Part shown: piece after piece, positions 26,428 through 40,541 of the stretch
How the letters are laid out: each line of letters begins with the position of its first letter
How positions within the stretch are numbered: position 1 is the stretch's first letter
Assembly (NCBI GenBank): GCA_951406725.2
Contig: OX597833.1
Coordinates: 2,170,001 to 2,234,000, forward strand
Reading direction: 5' to 3'
Length of the DNA: 64,000 nt
Origin: Octopus vulgaris
Taxonomy: Eukaryota
The notes under the pieces: model-generated
Told to the model about the DNA's origin: nothing
What the model saw: the letters and a program-made list of their open reading frames with translations, nothing else
Databases searched by the model: none
Translations under genes and position numbers: made by a program

Positions 26428-26752
26428 CTGAATAAGGGTTCTTTAAGGATGTTGAACGAAACACCCATGTTTCTAAAAGTGAATCATACAAACTCCAAAG
26501 AATTCCTCTTAATACATGGCTATGATGCTCCTCGTCTCTTGCTCGTGATCAGAGATGCACATATCATCAGTCACTAAGGGACAGGCTCAACTGGTTATGG
26601 TCAAACAATTAAAAAGCAAATCTGTGGTATTGAGCAGAATATTTGCTGTAGCCCATCTTTTATACCAAGACAAAACAATGTACATGATAACACTTTCAAT
26701 CAGTTAAGATCAGAAGCCATGAGAGCCACTGACTGGTACTGCATCAGTGCAT
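26428..26752. mobile_element. Unclassified non-coding interspersed repeat adjoining (TTA)n
   Basis: High similarity to 38232-38479, e.g. identical AAGCAAATCTGTGGTATTGAGCAGAATATTTGCTGTAGCCCATCTTTTATACCAAGACAAAACAATGTACATGATA. Confidence 0.8.
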
Positions 26753-26768
26753 TTATTATTATTATTAT

Positions 26769-27685
<917 letters not shown>

Positions 27686-27721
27686 TATTATCATTATTAT
27701 TATCATTATTAAAGAATGGTG

Positions 27722-28119
27722 AAAGCGGCGTGCTGGCAGAACCGTTAGCACGCCGGGTAAAATGCTTAGCGGTATTTCGTCCGTCTTTACCCCCTGAGTT
27801 CAAATTACCCCGAGGTCGACTTTGCCTTTCATCCTTTCGAGATCGATAAATTGAGTACCAGTTACGCACTGGGGTCAATATAATCGACTTAATCCCTTTG
27901 TCTGTCCTTGTTTGTCCCCTCTGTGTATAGCCCTTTGTGGGTAATAAAGAAATAGGTATTTCGTCCGTCTTTATCCTCTGAGTTCAAATTCCCCCGAGGT
28001 TGACTTTGCCTTTCATCGTTTCGGTGTCCATAAAATAAGTACAAGTTACGCTCTGGGGTCGATGTAATCGATTAATACCCTCTCGTAAAACTTTAGGCCT
28101 AGCGACTAGAGTAAAAAAT
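27722..28119 (+). mobile_element. SINE-A dimer (tail 1 then tail 2) with 17-bp TSD
   Basis: ATTATTAAAGAATGGTG at 27705-27721 and 28120-28136; junction AAAGAAATAGGTATTTCGTC. Confidence 0.9.
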
Positions 28120-28597
28120 ATTATTAAAGAATGGTGTCGAAGCTGTGAGACAGATCGTCTGTCGCATTGAAATACTTTCAAAAACAGCCTCCATTCCACT
28201 TCGCTGAGAATTCCAAATCCTTTAAAATTTTGATTCTGCATGCATTTCTTCTACACATGTCTTTTACACATTTCATTTCGTTTTCAGAAATCACCTTGGA
28301 ATTTTTGCATTCTTCCCCATTTTTTAAAAAAATATATTAACACGCTTTTGTATTTTCTTTCCTTCTTCAATTCTCGGTGTAATGGTATTTTTTTTCTTTT
28401 GTTTATCACAAACTTTTCTTTCCTTCTTCTCCGTCTTGAATTCTTCAAATTGAATTCTTCAAATCCAGTCCTGTTTCATACGGTTCCATTTCCATCGTAT
28501 TCTGTTCCACCATTTGTAGGTCGTCAAATAGATGAAGAATTTCTGGTCGGATTACTTATGGAAATATGTGTTCGTGAGTCTGTGTTTATATATACAT

Positions 28598-28706
<109 letters not shown>

Positions 28707-28736
28707 GATAAATCTCAGAGCGAGTTATATACGTCA

Positions 28737-28912
<176 letters not shown>

Positions 28913-29312
28913 ACACACAGACATACACACAGTCGTATATATGAATAAATTAGAAGCATAAAATTCTTGGACAGAATAAATAAACAAGATAATATTTTTT
29001 TAAAAAATCGAGGGAAACTTCTTATCAACTCCAGCACCGAGTGACGTGAATACATTCGATTTAAATGTAACGAAAAACAACAACATAAGCAACTAGAACA
29101 AAACACAGAGGCATGTAGATAGATACGAGTTAACGTTCTTGAGCAGATAAAGCATGAATGTGCGTGCGCGCGCGCGCGCGTGTGCGCGTGTGAGAGTTAA
29201 CTGTAAACAAGATCTTTCATTTTTTACTACTTCCTGTTCCTTCGTTCTCTCCGTCTCACCCCTTCTCCCCTTCTCCCAATACTATACTCATATCATACTA
29301 AGCATCTGTATA

Positions 29313-29386
<74 letters not shown>

Positions 29387-29395
29387 ATGTATATA

Positions 29396-29606
29396 TACTC
29401 TTTTACTCTTTTATTTTTTTACTTGTTTCAGTCATTTGACTTCGACCATGCTGGGAGCACCGCCTTTGAGTCGAGCAACTCGACCCCGGGACTTATTCTT
29501 TTTGTAAGCCCAGTACTTATTCTATCGGTTCTCTTTTTGCCGAACTGCTAGGTGACGGGGACGTAAACGCACCAGCATCGGTTGTCAAGCAATGCTAGGG
29601 GAACAA

Positions 29607-29677
<71 letters not shown>

Positions 29678-29774
29678 CACGACAGGCTTCTTTCAGTTTC
29701 CGTCTACCAAATCCACTCACAAGGCATTGGTCGGCCCGGGGCTATAGCAGAAGACACTTGCCCAAGATGCCACA

Positions 29775-29775
<1 letters not shown>
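29396..29775 (-). mobile_element. SINE-B, head truncated
   Basis: Homology to SINE-B. Confidence 0.88.
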
Positions 29776-29826
<51 letters not shown>

Positions 29827-29830
29827 TATG

Positions 29831-29887
<57 letters not shown>

Positions 29888-30199
29888 GTTTTTTTTAAAA
29901 CAGCAAAATTATTACAGAAACCGTTACTCAGAGTTTCGCGTTCCCGTTCGTCGGACAATTATGAAAACTAAATTAAAGTTGTGATGATAGGTGTAATATA
30001 TTTGCAGCCTTAATCAAAGCACTTTACTCTATCTTTGGTAGTCGAGTACTATTTTTTCTACCTTGTTTTGCGCTTATGTGCTCACATTTGTGTTTGTATA
30101 TGTGTGTGTATGCGTGTGCGTATGTTTAAATATATATGATTAGTCATAGACATATACATTGATAAATAGACAGGTAGGTACGTTGGTAGATAGATAGAC

Positions 30200-30237
<38 letters not shown>

Positions 30238-30266
30238 GGGGGAGAGAGACAGACAGAGAGAGAGAC

Positions 30267-30320
<54 letters not shown>

Positions 30321-30356
30321 TGACAAATAAAAAGACGGACAGACAGATGGATAGAC

Positions 30357-30462
<106 letters not shown>

Positions 30463-31146
30463 CATTGTGCTCATAGTTATGTCATCATGATGTTCAGTTT
30501 TTCATCCGGGTGTTTTATTGTATCCTTGAGCAAGTCTCTTTTTTCACGTTGCTCCAATCTGAAAACCAGTACCAGCCAATTACTGGTAGAATGCTATCCC
30601 TTCCCAATTATCACATTCTGTATGTTCCGCTGGGTCCGAGATGTGTGAGACCAGTGGGTTCTTAGATTCACTCGCGACTTCACAGGAGACTTAAAGAATT
30701 TGTGACAGCATGGTACATGCATTCTACCAAATCCAATGCAGATACGTCTTGTGGGTATAGTTTGTGACGAAACCCGCTGTTTTTCAATTGGTTTCCATTG
30801 GGGGTCGATATAAAATTTGCGTGCAGAATAAATACCAGCCGGAAAACGATATATACTGCACTTGATTTATTCGACTAAAATACCCTTCAAAGAAGAGTTA
30901 AAGAAGAACAGCGAAGAATCTGAAGAGAAGAACGAAGAACGAGTATTCAGTGTGTGTGTTTATTTAAAAAAAACAAAATGATCGTCCCGAAATATAGGAA
31001 TATCTGTTTCAACACACGATTATTTCACATCAGGAATCTTGGAAAACAAATTCTGCCGTTTGTATGAATGTATATATACGTTGTATATATACGTTTATTC
31101 ACATGTTCACTTACGTATGTGTATATAGAAAGAGAGATAACTAACG

Positions 31147-31213
<67 letters not shown>

Positions 31214-31974
31214 TACATACATACATACATACATACATAATACATTCATACATACATACATACATACATACACACGTACATACAGACGTGTGCGTGTGTG
31301 TGTCATACCATGCAAAATAGATCTGTCAGCAACTGGCTGCTAACTTTCCCGAACCAGTTCCTTCTAATTAGTCTCAACAGAGTGTGAATATCTTTTTCTT
31401 TATTGCATCCACACATAACACCTACCAGACTTTGGGGAAATAGAGAGGAAAACCTAATGACGCTTAGGGAATAATTTCTATAATTTTTGGATGAGATTAA
31501 CAGCATAGAACTGTGTGAATCTTTCAATTATACACAATCGCTTCTGGGCGAAATGCTTAACAGATAACGAGTTGCTTTTAATCGTCGGCTGCTATGATTT
31601 ACACAGAACATTTTTATGATTCCAACATGTCGGTTATGGCTACACGTTCATTTTTCTCTCTTCGTGTCTTGATATGATATTGTTTCTGGATTAATCCACT
31701 TGTATATGAAATTTTAATAAGTGTATTTGCAATAATTATTTTATTAAGATTATTATTTTTATGATCTCTGCCTTGCCGCATTCGGCAGAAACCTTATTAA
31801 ATGCATTCCAGAGATCATCTTCTGAAGAGCCATGTAACACCATATCGTCTGCAAATACCCGATCCTACACTTGCGGATTGTGAGACCATTTCAATAAAGG
31901 TTTTGGCGAAGTCATGAGGCATGCTCCTATCTTTATTCGGATATGGTTTATGATAAATGCATGAATGAATGAAT

Positions 31975-32213
31975 GCGCCCTTTTTAAAACATAGCCAGGC
32001 TCATGGGCCCGGTTTCCGTGGCGTATTTGATCCCCAGCTGGACGGGACGCCAGTCCATCGCAGCGTTACTTATTTTTGCCAGCTGAGTGGACTGGAGTAA
32101 CGTGAAATGAAGTGTTTTGCTCAAGAACACAACGCGTCGCCCGGTCCAGGAATCGAAACCACAATCTTACGATCATGATGCTGACGCCCTAACCACTAAG
32201 GCACGCGCCTCCA
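31975..32213 (-). mobile_element. SINE-C (CORE-type tRNA SINE), well preserved
   Basis: Minus strand GGAGGCGCGTGCCTTAGTGGTTAG (A box), GGTTTCGATTCC (B box), GTGTTCTTGAGCAAAACACTTCATTTCAC core, tail GCGATGGACTGGCGTCCCGTCCAG, (CATT)n end. Confidence 0.9.
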
Positions 32214-32560
32214 CTGATAAATACATCTGTATGATTAAAAATCAAAAACAAAACGGAGCCGCCTCTTTGATGTGAGTATAACCTTGTAGTTTGCACCAGC
32301 TGAGTACCGAAGTCGAAGTAAACGACCTACTCTTTCCCTCGCATTTACTGACCTCTGTCGAAATTTGAAATCAATATTTGATCTGTGTGTATGCGTGTGT
32401 ACGTGTACAAGTATGTTTGTATATGTATTTATGTATATATGTATATATGTATGTGTGTGTATATATATATATACATATATATTATTTATATAGTATCAAG
32501 ACAATTTAAGTCTATATTAACTAAATTTGAGTGAAATTGATGTGGGTGAATGTGTGTATG

Positions 32561-32627
<67 letters not shown>

Positions 32628-32628
32628 C

Positions 32629-32691
32629 TGAAGGGCAAGCCACTATGTGATCTACTTCTAGCATACGGCCGACCACATAGTGGCTTGCCCT
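32629..32691. repeat. Short inverted repeat (~22 bp arms)
   Basis: AGGGCAAGCCACTATGTG versus CACATAGTGGCTTGCCCT; spacer and right arm homologous to 20854-20898. Confidence 0.8.
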
Positions 32692-32807
32692 CCAAATGTA
32701 CACATGTATTAGAATTTTCTCTGATTTTTCAGATTTTTGTATGCTAGGCTACTGGTTTTAAATTGATGTTAATTAAATTAATATTCAATTTATCTCCCTC
32801 ATTACTT

Positions 32808-32872
<65 letters not shown>

Positions 32873-32873
32873 C

Positions 32874-32974
<101 letters not shown>

Positions 32975-33441
32975 AAATATATATATATATATATATATGT
33001 ATGTATATATATATATATATGTATGTACGTATGTATACGGAGAGAGAGTGTGTGTGTGGTGGGGGTGAGAGAGACGGAGAGACAGAAAGGCAAAGGCTAG
33101 CAGATGTATGTGTACGTGTATGAAATTCCACAACAGAAAACCAACACAGAATGTAATTTGTTCCCAAACTTGTTTTTTTACCTTTTTTGCCATATCGTTT
33201 TATTCTGTTTCATTTCAAAGATATAAATATTGTTCTTCTAGAAATTAGTATTCGTTTCATTATTTTGTTATAAGAAACGCGAAATTTGATGAAAGTCAAA
33301 TTATAATATTTTCTTTTTTTTTACGTTTGACATATTTCCTGGTATTTCCCGTGGCGTCAAAAACCAAACTTCCGAAGTTGCTCGTCTTAAGCCGTAGAGT
33401 AACGTCGCCTAACGTATAATTACGCAGAGTGACGTAGAATT

Positions 33442-33837
33442 GCTCTTTTACTCTTTTACTTGTTTCAGTCATTTGATTGCGGCCATGCTGGAGCACCGCC
33501 TTTAGTCTAGAAAATCGACCCCGGGACTTATTCTTTGTAAGCCCGGTACTTATTCTATCGGTCTCTTTTGCCGAACCGCTAAGTAACGGGGACGTAAACA
33601 CACCAGCATCGGTTGTCAAGCAATGCTAGTGGGGAACAAACACAGACATACAAACATATACACACATACATATATATATACATATATACGACGGGCTTCT
33701 TTCAGTTTCCGTCTACCAAATTCACTCACAAGGCATTGGTCGGTCCGAGGCTATAGCAGAAGACACTTGCCCAAGATGCCACGCAGTGGGACATAACCCG
33801 GAAGCATGTGGTTGGTAAGCAAGCTACTCCTGCGCCT
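33442..33837 (-). mobile_element. Near full-length SINE-B
   Basis: Homology to SINE-B with a short head deletion. Confidence 0.9.
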
Positions 33838-34449
33838 ATTGTCCATCACAGAATTGTCCATCACATGATGAATAACACGTGATAATGTGTATGTATCTGT
33901 GGGTGTGCCTGAGTGCAAGTATGTGCGTGTGTGTCCTGAACATATGAGATGGACAGAGAGGGAGGGAGAAAGTGATAGAAAGAGAAAGAGAGCAAAAGAG
34001 AAAGGAGAAAGAGAGAGAGAGAGAGAGAGTTGTCAATAGTTAGCTTTACTGAATTCGCCATCAATTAGTCACAAGAAAGTGTGACTTTATTGAGCAATCA
34101 TAAATTCTTCCTCGCCTTGTCACCTTGAAATAACACGAAGCAACGAATCGGGAATATCATCTGAATTCTAGGGAACCCACAGGGAATTATTCTATAATTT
34201 TCAATGAGATTAGAAGCATAGATGCGTATGACTATCTCAATAATAGACAATCGCTTCTGGGTTAAATGTTCGACTGAAAAGAGGAAAGAAAGTAAAGCAA
34301 AATCCCTTTGCATCGTCGGCAGCCATCTTTTTTCCAGGATCTCAGTATGACAGCCATTGCTTTACATTATAATATATTTGTCCTCAGTCTTTTGTTAGTT
34401 CAGCATTTATCGATTTATTAATTTATTTGTATTTTATTATATATTTTAG

Positions 34450-34740
34450 GGAAGTCGCCTGACTTAGTGGCTAGGATATTCTGCTTACGATCATAAGGTC
34501 GCGGTTTCGATTCCAGGTAGCACGTTGTGTCCTTGAGCAAGACTCTTTATTTCACATTGCTCCATTGCACTCAGCTAGCAAAAATAAGTTGTACCTGTGA
34601 TTCAAAGGGGGCCAACCGTGACCCGCTGAATCTCCTTGAGAACCACGTTAAGGATACACATGTCTGTGGAGTGCTCAGCCACTTACACGTTAATTGATCG
34701 TATCAACTGGAACCCTCGTCGTCGTAAGCGACAGAGTACC
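34450..34740 (+). mobile_element. SINE-C with alternative 3' tail
   Basis: GGTTTCGATTCC, GTGTCCTTGAGCAAG core; tail GGAGTGCTCAGCCACTT shared with 62400-62705. Confidence 0.8.
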
Positions 34741-34767
34741 GGATGTCTATTTGTTTATATTATTTAT

Positions 34768-35068
34768 CTGCCCTTTTCAAGCCTAGCCAGGCTCATGGGC
34801 CCAATTTCCCGGTTTCTGAGGCGTATGTGTTCCCACACCCCAGCTGGACGGGACGCCAGTCCATCGCAGCGTTACTCAAGAAATAGGAAGAAAGAGTGAG
34901 AGAAAGTTGAGGCGAAAGAGTACAAGAAGGGTCACCACCACCCCCTGGCCGGAGCTTCGTGGAGCTTTAGGTGTTTTCGCTCAATAAACCCACACAAGGC
35001 CCGGTCTAGGAATCGAAACAGCGATCCTCTGACCGCATGTCTGCTGCTCTAACCACTGGCCCATTCCA
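34768..35068 (-). mobile_element. SINE-C-related element with different head and middle but same tail as 31975-32213
   Basis: Minus strand GGCCAGTGGTTAGAGC...GTTTCGATTCC; tail GAGTAACGCTGCGATGGACTGGCGTCCCGTCCAGCTGGGG...GGGCCCATGAGCCTGGCTA. Confidence 0.85.
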
Positions 35069-35108
35069 CCGCCACCGGATGTTTATACATTTGAATATAT
35101 GTGTCTCA

Positions 35109-35305
35109 AAGGCGAGCAGCTGGGCAAAATGCTTGGCGACATTTCGTCCGTCTTGGCCTTTTGGTTCCACTTCCATTGCGTCAGCTTTGCTTTTCATTTT
35201 GACAGGGTCGATAAAATAAGCATCGGTTGAAAATTGGGGGTCGATGTAATTGACTAGAACCCTCCTCTATAATTACTGGCCCTTGCGCCAAAATTTAGAA
35301 CCAAT
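35109..35305 (+). mobile_element. Degenerate SINE-A
   Basis: GGGCAAAATGCTTGGCGACATTTCGTCCG...GGGGTCGATGTAATTGAC. Confidence 0.7.
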
Positions 35306-35404
35306 ATATGTATCTCAGGCCTCTACATTTACATTTTAATTTGTCTTACTATTCTTAGAAACTTGGAATATATTAGAAAATTAAGTTAGAAAATTTTAAA
35401 TATT

Positions 35405-36069
35405 CTTTTCTACTCTAGGCACAAGGCCCAGAATTTTGGGGAGGGGGCCAGTCGATTAGATCGACCTAAGTACGCAAGTGGTACTTAATTTATCGACTCC
35501 GAAAGGATCAAAGGCAAAGTGACCTCGGCGGAATTTGAACTCAGAACGTAACGGCAGACGCAATACTGTTAAGCATTTCACCCGGCGTGCTAACGTTTCT
35601 TATTTCTTTACTGCCCACAAGGGGCTACACAAAGAGGGGACAAACAAGGATAGATAAACGGATTAAGTCGATTATATCGACCCCAGTGCGTAACTGGTAC
35701 TTATTTAATCGACCGCGAAAGGATGAAAGGCAAAGTCGACCTCGGCGGAATTTGCTCAGAACATAAAGACAGACGAAATACTGCTAAGCATTTCACCCGG
35801 TGTGCTAAAGTTTCTGCCAACTCGCAGCCTCAGAAAATTTTTAATATTTATTTATTTATTGCCCTCAGGGGCTAAACAGAGATGGGACAAACAAGGACAG
35901 ACAAAGGGATTAAGTCGATTACATCGACCCCAGTGCATAACTGTTACTTATTTAATCGGCCCCGAAACGATAAAAGGCGAAGTTGCTCTTTGAACTCAGA
36001 ACGCAAAGACAGACGAAATTCTGCTAAGTATTTCGCCCGGCGTGCTAACGTTTCTGCCAGCTCGCCGCC
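35405..36069 (-). mobile_element. SINE-A cluster: dimer plus monomer separated and flanked by a triplicated 19-bp target
   Basis: T(T/C)AGAAAATT(T/G)T(A/T)AATATT at 35386-35404, 35830-35848, 36070-36088. Confidence 0.88.
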
Positions 36070-36757
36070 TTAGAAAATTGTAAATATTAACATCGACATT
36101 GCGTTTTGACGCTTCGATCTAGTTTCCGCTCAATATCGGATTCCTCGTCCCACAACATGGACGCAATAACAAAATCAATTCGTATCATAATCTTTATTTC
36201 TTAAAAACAATCTTATCATTTATACCAATGCTGCGTTCAGAAAGAGTGCTATTACCTTATATTATATCAGTGAATTTTTCTGTAAATTTTCCTATCTATG
36301 TGTGTATGTATTTCTGTGTGTGTGTATGTGTGCGTTTGTGTGTGTGTGTGTGTGTGTGTGTTGATGTATGTAGGACAACGCTATGCAAGGCCGTCTAGTG
36401 AGGCAGAAATACTTACTCACAGCTGTCCCGCTTGCCGCCATAAAAATGACGACCGTTATTTTTAATGACCGTATATTTAACGACATGTTAATTCATGATT
36501 CCGGGAGATTATCTTCCCCACTTATTTTGGAATCGTTATCTATCACTGCTTGCTGATAGTTTATTTATTTGTTTGTTTGCCTCCCTGTTTATCATCGCTG
36601 AAGAAATGAAGATAATTTCAATAAATCAAAGACTTATCTTCCACAGTATTGAGTATAAATTTCTTCATCAGCAGAGTCTTCGCTGGCGCTACAAGACATT
36701 TTCAGTTATTTTTCTTAATTCTTTCACCCTATGTATGTATGTATGTATATATGTATG

Positions 36758-36791
<34 letters not shown>

Positions 36792-36792
36792 T

Positions 36793-37191
36793 GATTTGTA
36801 TGTTTTATGTATGTATTCTCATGCATATAGTTCCATATCTAGACATGCTCATATATGTTTAAATTATAAACTTCTGGAAAGTTTTACAAATGTTTACATT
36901 GCCAGTGATGGATTGGATCTGTTGTCTCCGGATTAGCTTTCTCATTTCTGGTTTTGAGAAGCCTAATTTCTCAAGATTGGTATTTAGAGAGTGTGTTACA
37001 TATCCCAAGTCTTAGATAATTACAGGTATAAAACACACACACACATCTGGGTAGAGTAACTGCAGATTTCTCAATAGTTCAGCATAGGTGTCCTCTTTTT
37101 CACTGATCTTCAGCTTTATGTTATCATTCGCTGGGCAGCAAATTTCCACAACTATGCACATTTTTTCTTCTCTATCCCAAATCATTATATC
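36793..37191 (-). mobile_element. Degenerate 3' fragment of an RLE-type non-LTR retrotransposon embedded in (CATA)n
   Basis: DIMIWDREEKMCIVVEICCP...ISEKEDTYAELL...FIPVII*DLGYV; CATA repeats at both ends. Confidence 0.8.
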
Positions 37192-37291
37192 ATGTATGTA
37201 CGGATGTATGTATGTATATACGTACATACACACACGTGCGTATGTATATAAATTTATATATATATATTCACATATATACATACACACCAAT

Positions 37292-37329
<38 letters not shown>

Positions 37330-37384
37330 CATCAGGAAAGGTAAACGTATTGAGCTTTTGTTTAACGTAGGATAACTGTGTTTA

Positions 37385-37965
37385 TTTTATGAGTCAATGT
37401 TATTTTTACTACATCTTTAGTCTTTCAAAATTCCCACCTTCTTTCTCTACGTAAGTTCCAATAAGGGAAAAGTTCTCCATTAGTATTCGAGTGGTTCCAA
37501 GCAGTACTGTCTCTGCAAGTGCTCCACCCTTATTGCAGCCCCTATATGTTCCACGTACCTCTCAAGAATTTTGCTCACTGTTCCCAGGGCACCGACAATT
37601 ATTGGTACTACTACCACCATTTTCATCGACCACAACTGTTTAACTTCCCAAGCTAACCTATCATATCTCTCAACTTTTCATTCTTCCTTATCACATAACT
37701 TGTTGTCAACTGGGCATGTTATATCTATGATCCAGCATAGTTTACTTTCCTTCTCAATTAAGACTATGTCTGGCTTCCTATTCTTTATCTCATGGTCACA
37801 CTGAATCATAGAATCCCATAGGACCTTTGCATTTTTTATTTTCAGCGATGCCTTCGGGTTTTTGGTCGTACCAATTTTTTGCTCTGTCAAGTCCATACTT
37901 GTTGCAAAGTGTCCAATGGACAAGCCTAGCTATACTGTCGTGGTGTATCTTATATATACCTTCTG
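37385..37965 (-). mobile_element. Degenerate 3' fragment of a second R4/Dong-type LINE family
   Basis: HHDSIARLVHW.LC.KYG...WY, VLWDSMIQCDHEIKNRKPDIVLI...IIDITCP, PIIVGALGTV with frameshift and stop; (TAA)n just upstream. Confidence 0.88.
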
Positions 37966-38002
37966 GGTTAGTGGCGTTATTATTATTATTATTATTATTA
38001 TT

Positions 38003-38479
38003 GAGTGAGAGAGCAGTTCATGCCATCAAAGTGACACTGGGGTAAAATATACGAAGCCCAATATACCCATCATGACTACCCGTCTGATAAGGGTACACCA
38101 GGCACATGCATCACAACCATATGTGCGCGACATGGTGATCTCATATCAAGATAAACAGCACATGACCTTGCAGGTGGAGCCCAGTTAGAATTTTTTTCAC
38201 ATCGAGTAACCTATCCCGCTCAAAAGGTCCATGAATAAGGGTTGTTTAAGGACGTTGAACGAAACACCCATGTTTCCAGAGGTGAATTATTCAAACCCCA
38301 AAGAATCCCTCTCAACACATGGCTATGATGCTCCCCCACTACTTCTGCACATATCGTCAGCCACCGAGGGACATGGTCAACTGGTTAAAGTCAAACAACT
38401 GACAAGCAAATCTGTGGTATTGAGCAGAATATTTGCTGTAGCCCATCTTTTATACCAAGACAAAACAATGTACATGATA
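38003..38479. mobile_element. Unclassified non-coding repeat flanked on both sides by (TTA)n
   Basis: Homologous to 26428-26690; TTA tracts at 37977-38002 and 38481-38649. Confidence 0.8.
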
Positions 38480-38649
<170 letters not shown>

Positions 38650-38959
38650 GTCCTGATTCCCATATAGTATGTTCCAGAAGAAAGCAAAAGCAGTGAATAT
38701 GCTCTTGTGTTTTATCAGTGAGGATAGCGAAAGGGTTTCGGTCCCGGTCAGTAACCATTCTCCTTGTCTGTTCTATCAATTCTATTTTTATTTTATTTTT
38801 TTAAAATTTTAATTATTTTTTTTTTTGATTCTCAGTTTTGTTATTTTAAGCATTTTTGGGGTTTTTTTTTGTTGTTGTTGTTCATTTTTATTTTCGTATC
38901 TACACATTCTTTTCTTATCTCTCCAAAGTTCGCAGAGGCAAAAGTGGAAAAATGCCACC

Positions 38960-39739
38960 AACCGCCAACACCACCACCAACACTACTACCACCTCTACGA
39001 TCATGCTGCTGCTACTACTGCTACTACTACGACTACTACTACTAGTACGGTACTACTGCTAACTACTGCTGCTGCTGCTGCTGCCACTACCACCACCACT
39101 ACTACTACAATGATAGTGATGGTGTTGGTGGTGGTGGTGGTGGTATTAGATTTGGTAGTGATGACGTTACTGGTGATGCTGATGCTGACGATAATGATGA
39201 TAGTGTTGGTGGTGGTGGTCATGGTCGTGGTGGTGGTGGTGGTGGTGGTAGTGGTGGTGGTGGTGGTGGTGGTGGTGGTGGTGGTGGTGGTGGTGGTGGT
39301 GGTGGTGGTGGTGGTGGTAGTGGTGGTGGTGGTGGTGGTGGTGGTGGTGGTGGTGGTGGTGGTGGTGGTGGTGGTGGTGGTGGTGGTGGTGGTGGTGGTG
39401 GTGGTGGTGGTGGTGGTGGTGGTGGTGGTGGTGGTGCAGATAGCGGTGCGTGTGGTGGAGCTAGTGGCATGCTGGTGGTTGTTGGAATAGAGCTACTGTT
39501 ACTATTGGTGGTGGTGGTGGTGGTGGTGGTGGTGGTGGTGGTGATGATGGTGATGGGGATGGTGGTAGCGATGGTTTCGGAATATTGGCGTTGTTGCTGT
39601 TGTTGTCGGTGGTTGTGGTGGTAGTGGTGGTGGTCGTCGTCGTCGTCGTGGACGTGTTGATGGTAGTGGTGGTGGTGGTGGTATTAGTATTGCTGTTGCT
39701 GTAGTTATCGTTAGTGGTGGTGATGGTGGTGGTGGTGGT

Positions 39740-39771
<32 letters not shown>

Positions 39772-39868
39772 GCTTGGGGCGATGGGAGTTGGCAGCGGTG
39801 GTGGTGTCGATAACGATGAATTTCTTTCCTTATCTCCACAGAGTTCAAGAAGCCAAAATACAAAATGT

Positions 39869-39910
<42 letters not shown>

Positions 39911-39930
39911 CACTACCACTACTACTAGTA
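38960..39930. repeat. (CTA)n/(GGT)n trinucleotide low-complexity block
   Basis: Long pure (GGT)n ~39228-39435. Confidence 0.95.
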
Positions 39931-40128
39931 AGTATGTTGATAAACAAACAGTAATGGTTAATCAAACAGACGGAATGGCAACAATGCGGTGTTGAACATT
40001 TCAGACCCGCAAGAATCTTCAAGTTCAGAAAGAAAAAAAAAAGTGTGCTGTTGTGGTCTTTATGCATTACAACAACAGTCACAATGACTATATACATACA
40101 TACATACATACATATATATATATATATA

Positions 40129-40221
<93 letters not shown>

Positions 40222-40225
<4 letters not shown>

Positions 40226-40388
40226 GACGAGCTTCTTTCAGTTTCCGTCCACCAAATCCACTCATAAGGCTTTGGTCGGCCCGAGGCTATAGTAGAGGCC
40301 ACTTGCCCAAGAGGCCACGCAGTGGGACTGAACCCGCAACCATGTGGTTGGCAAGCAAACTGCTTACCACACAGCCACTCCTGCGCCT
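40222..40388 (-). mobile_element. SINE-B head-only fragment
   Basis: Ends at the internal (TA)n position; tail absent. Confidence 0.88.
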
Positions 40389-40541
40389 ATATATAAGAAG
40401 TTATTTTGGAAAGGGAGAGATATAAGAAGTATAAAGCGATATATGAGAACAAAATATATGTTGAATGTTAAAGTTGGTGTCTCATTATCCAACGAATGTG
40501 CCGTGTAGAATGGATTAAGAGGGTCCTTGTCCATGGTATGT

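Noticed and set aside
26698-26752. U2 snRNA-like similarity (ATCAGTTAAGATC, CTGGTACTGCA)
   Set aside because: Matches are short and discontinuous; no U2 5' end or Sm site
32140-32213. tRNA gene
   Set aside because: A/B boxes are present but it is a SINE head fused to core and tail, with no complete acceptor stem
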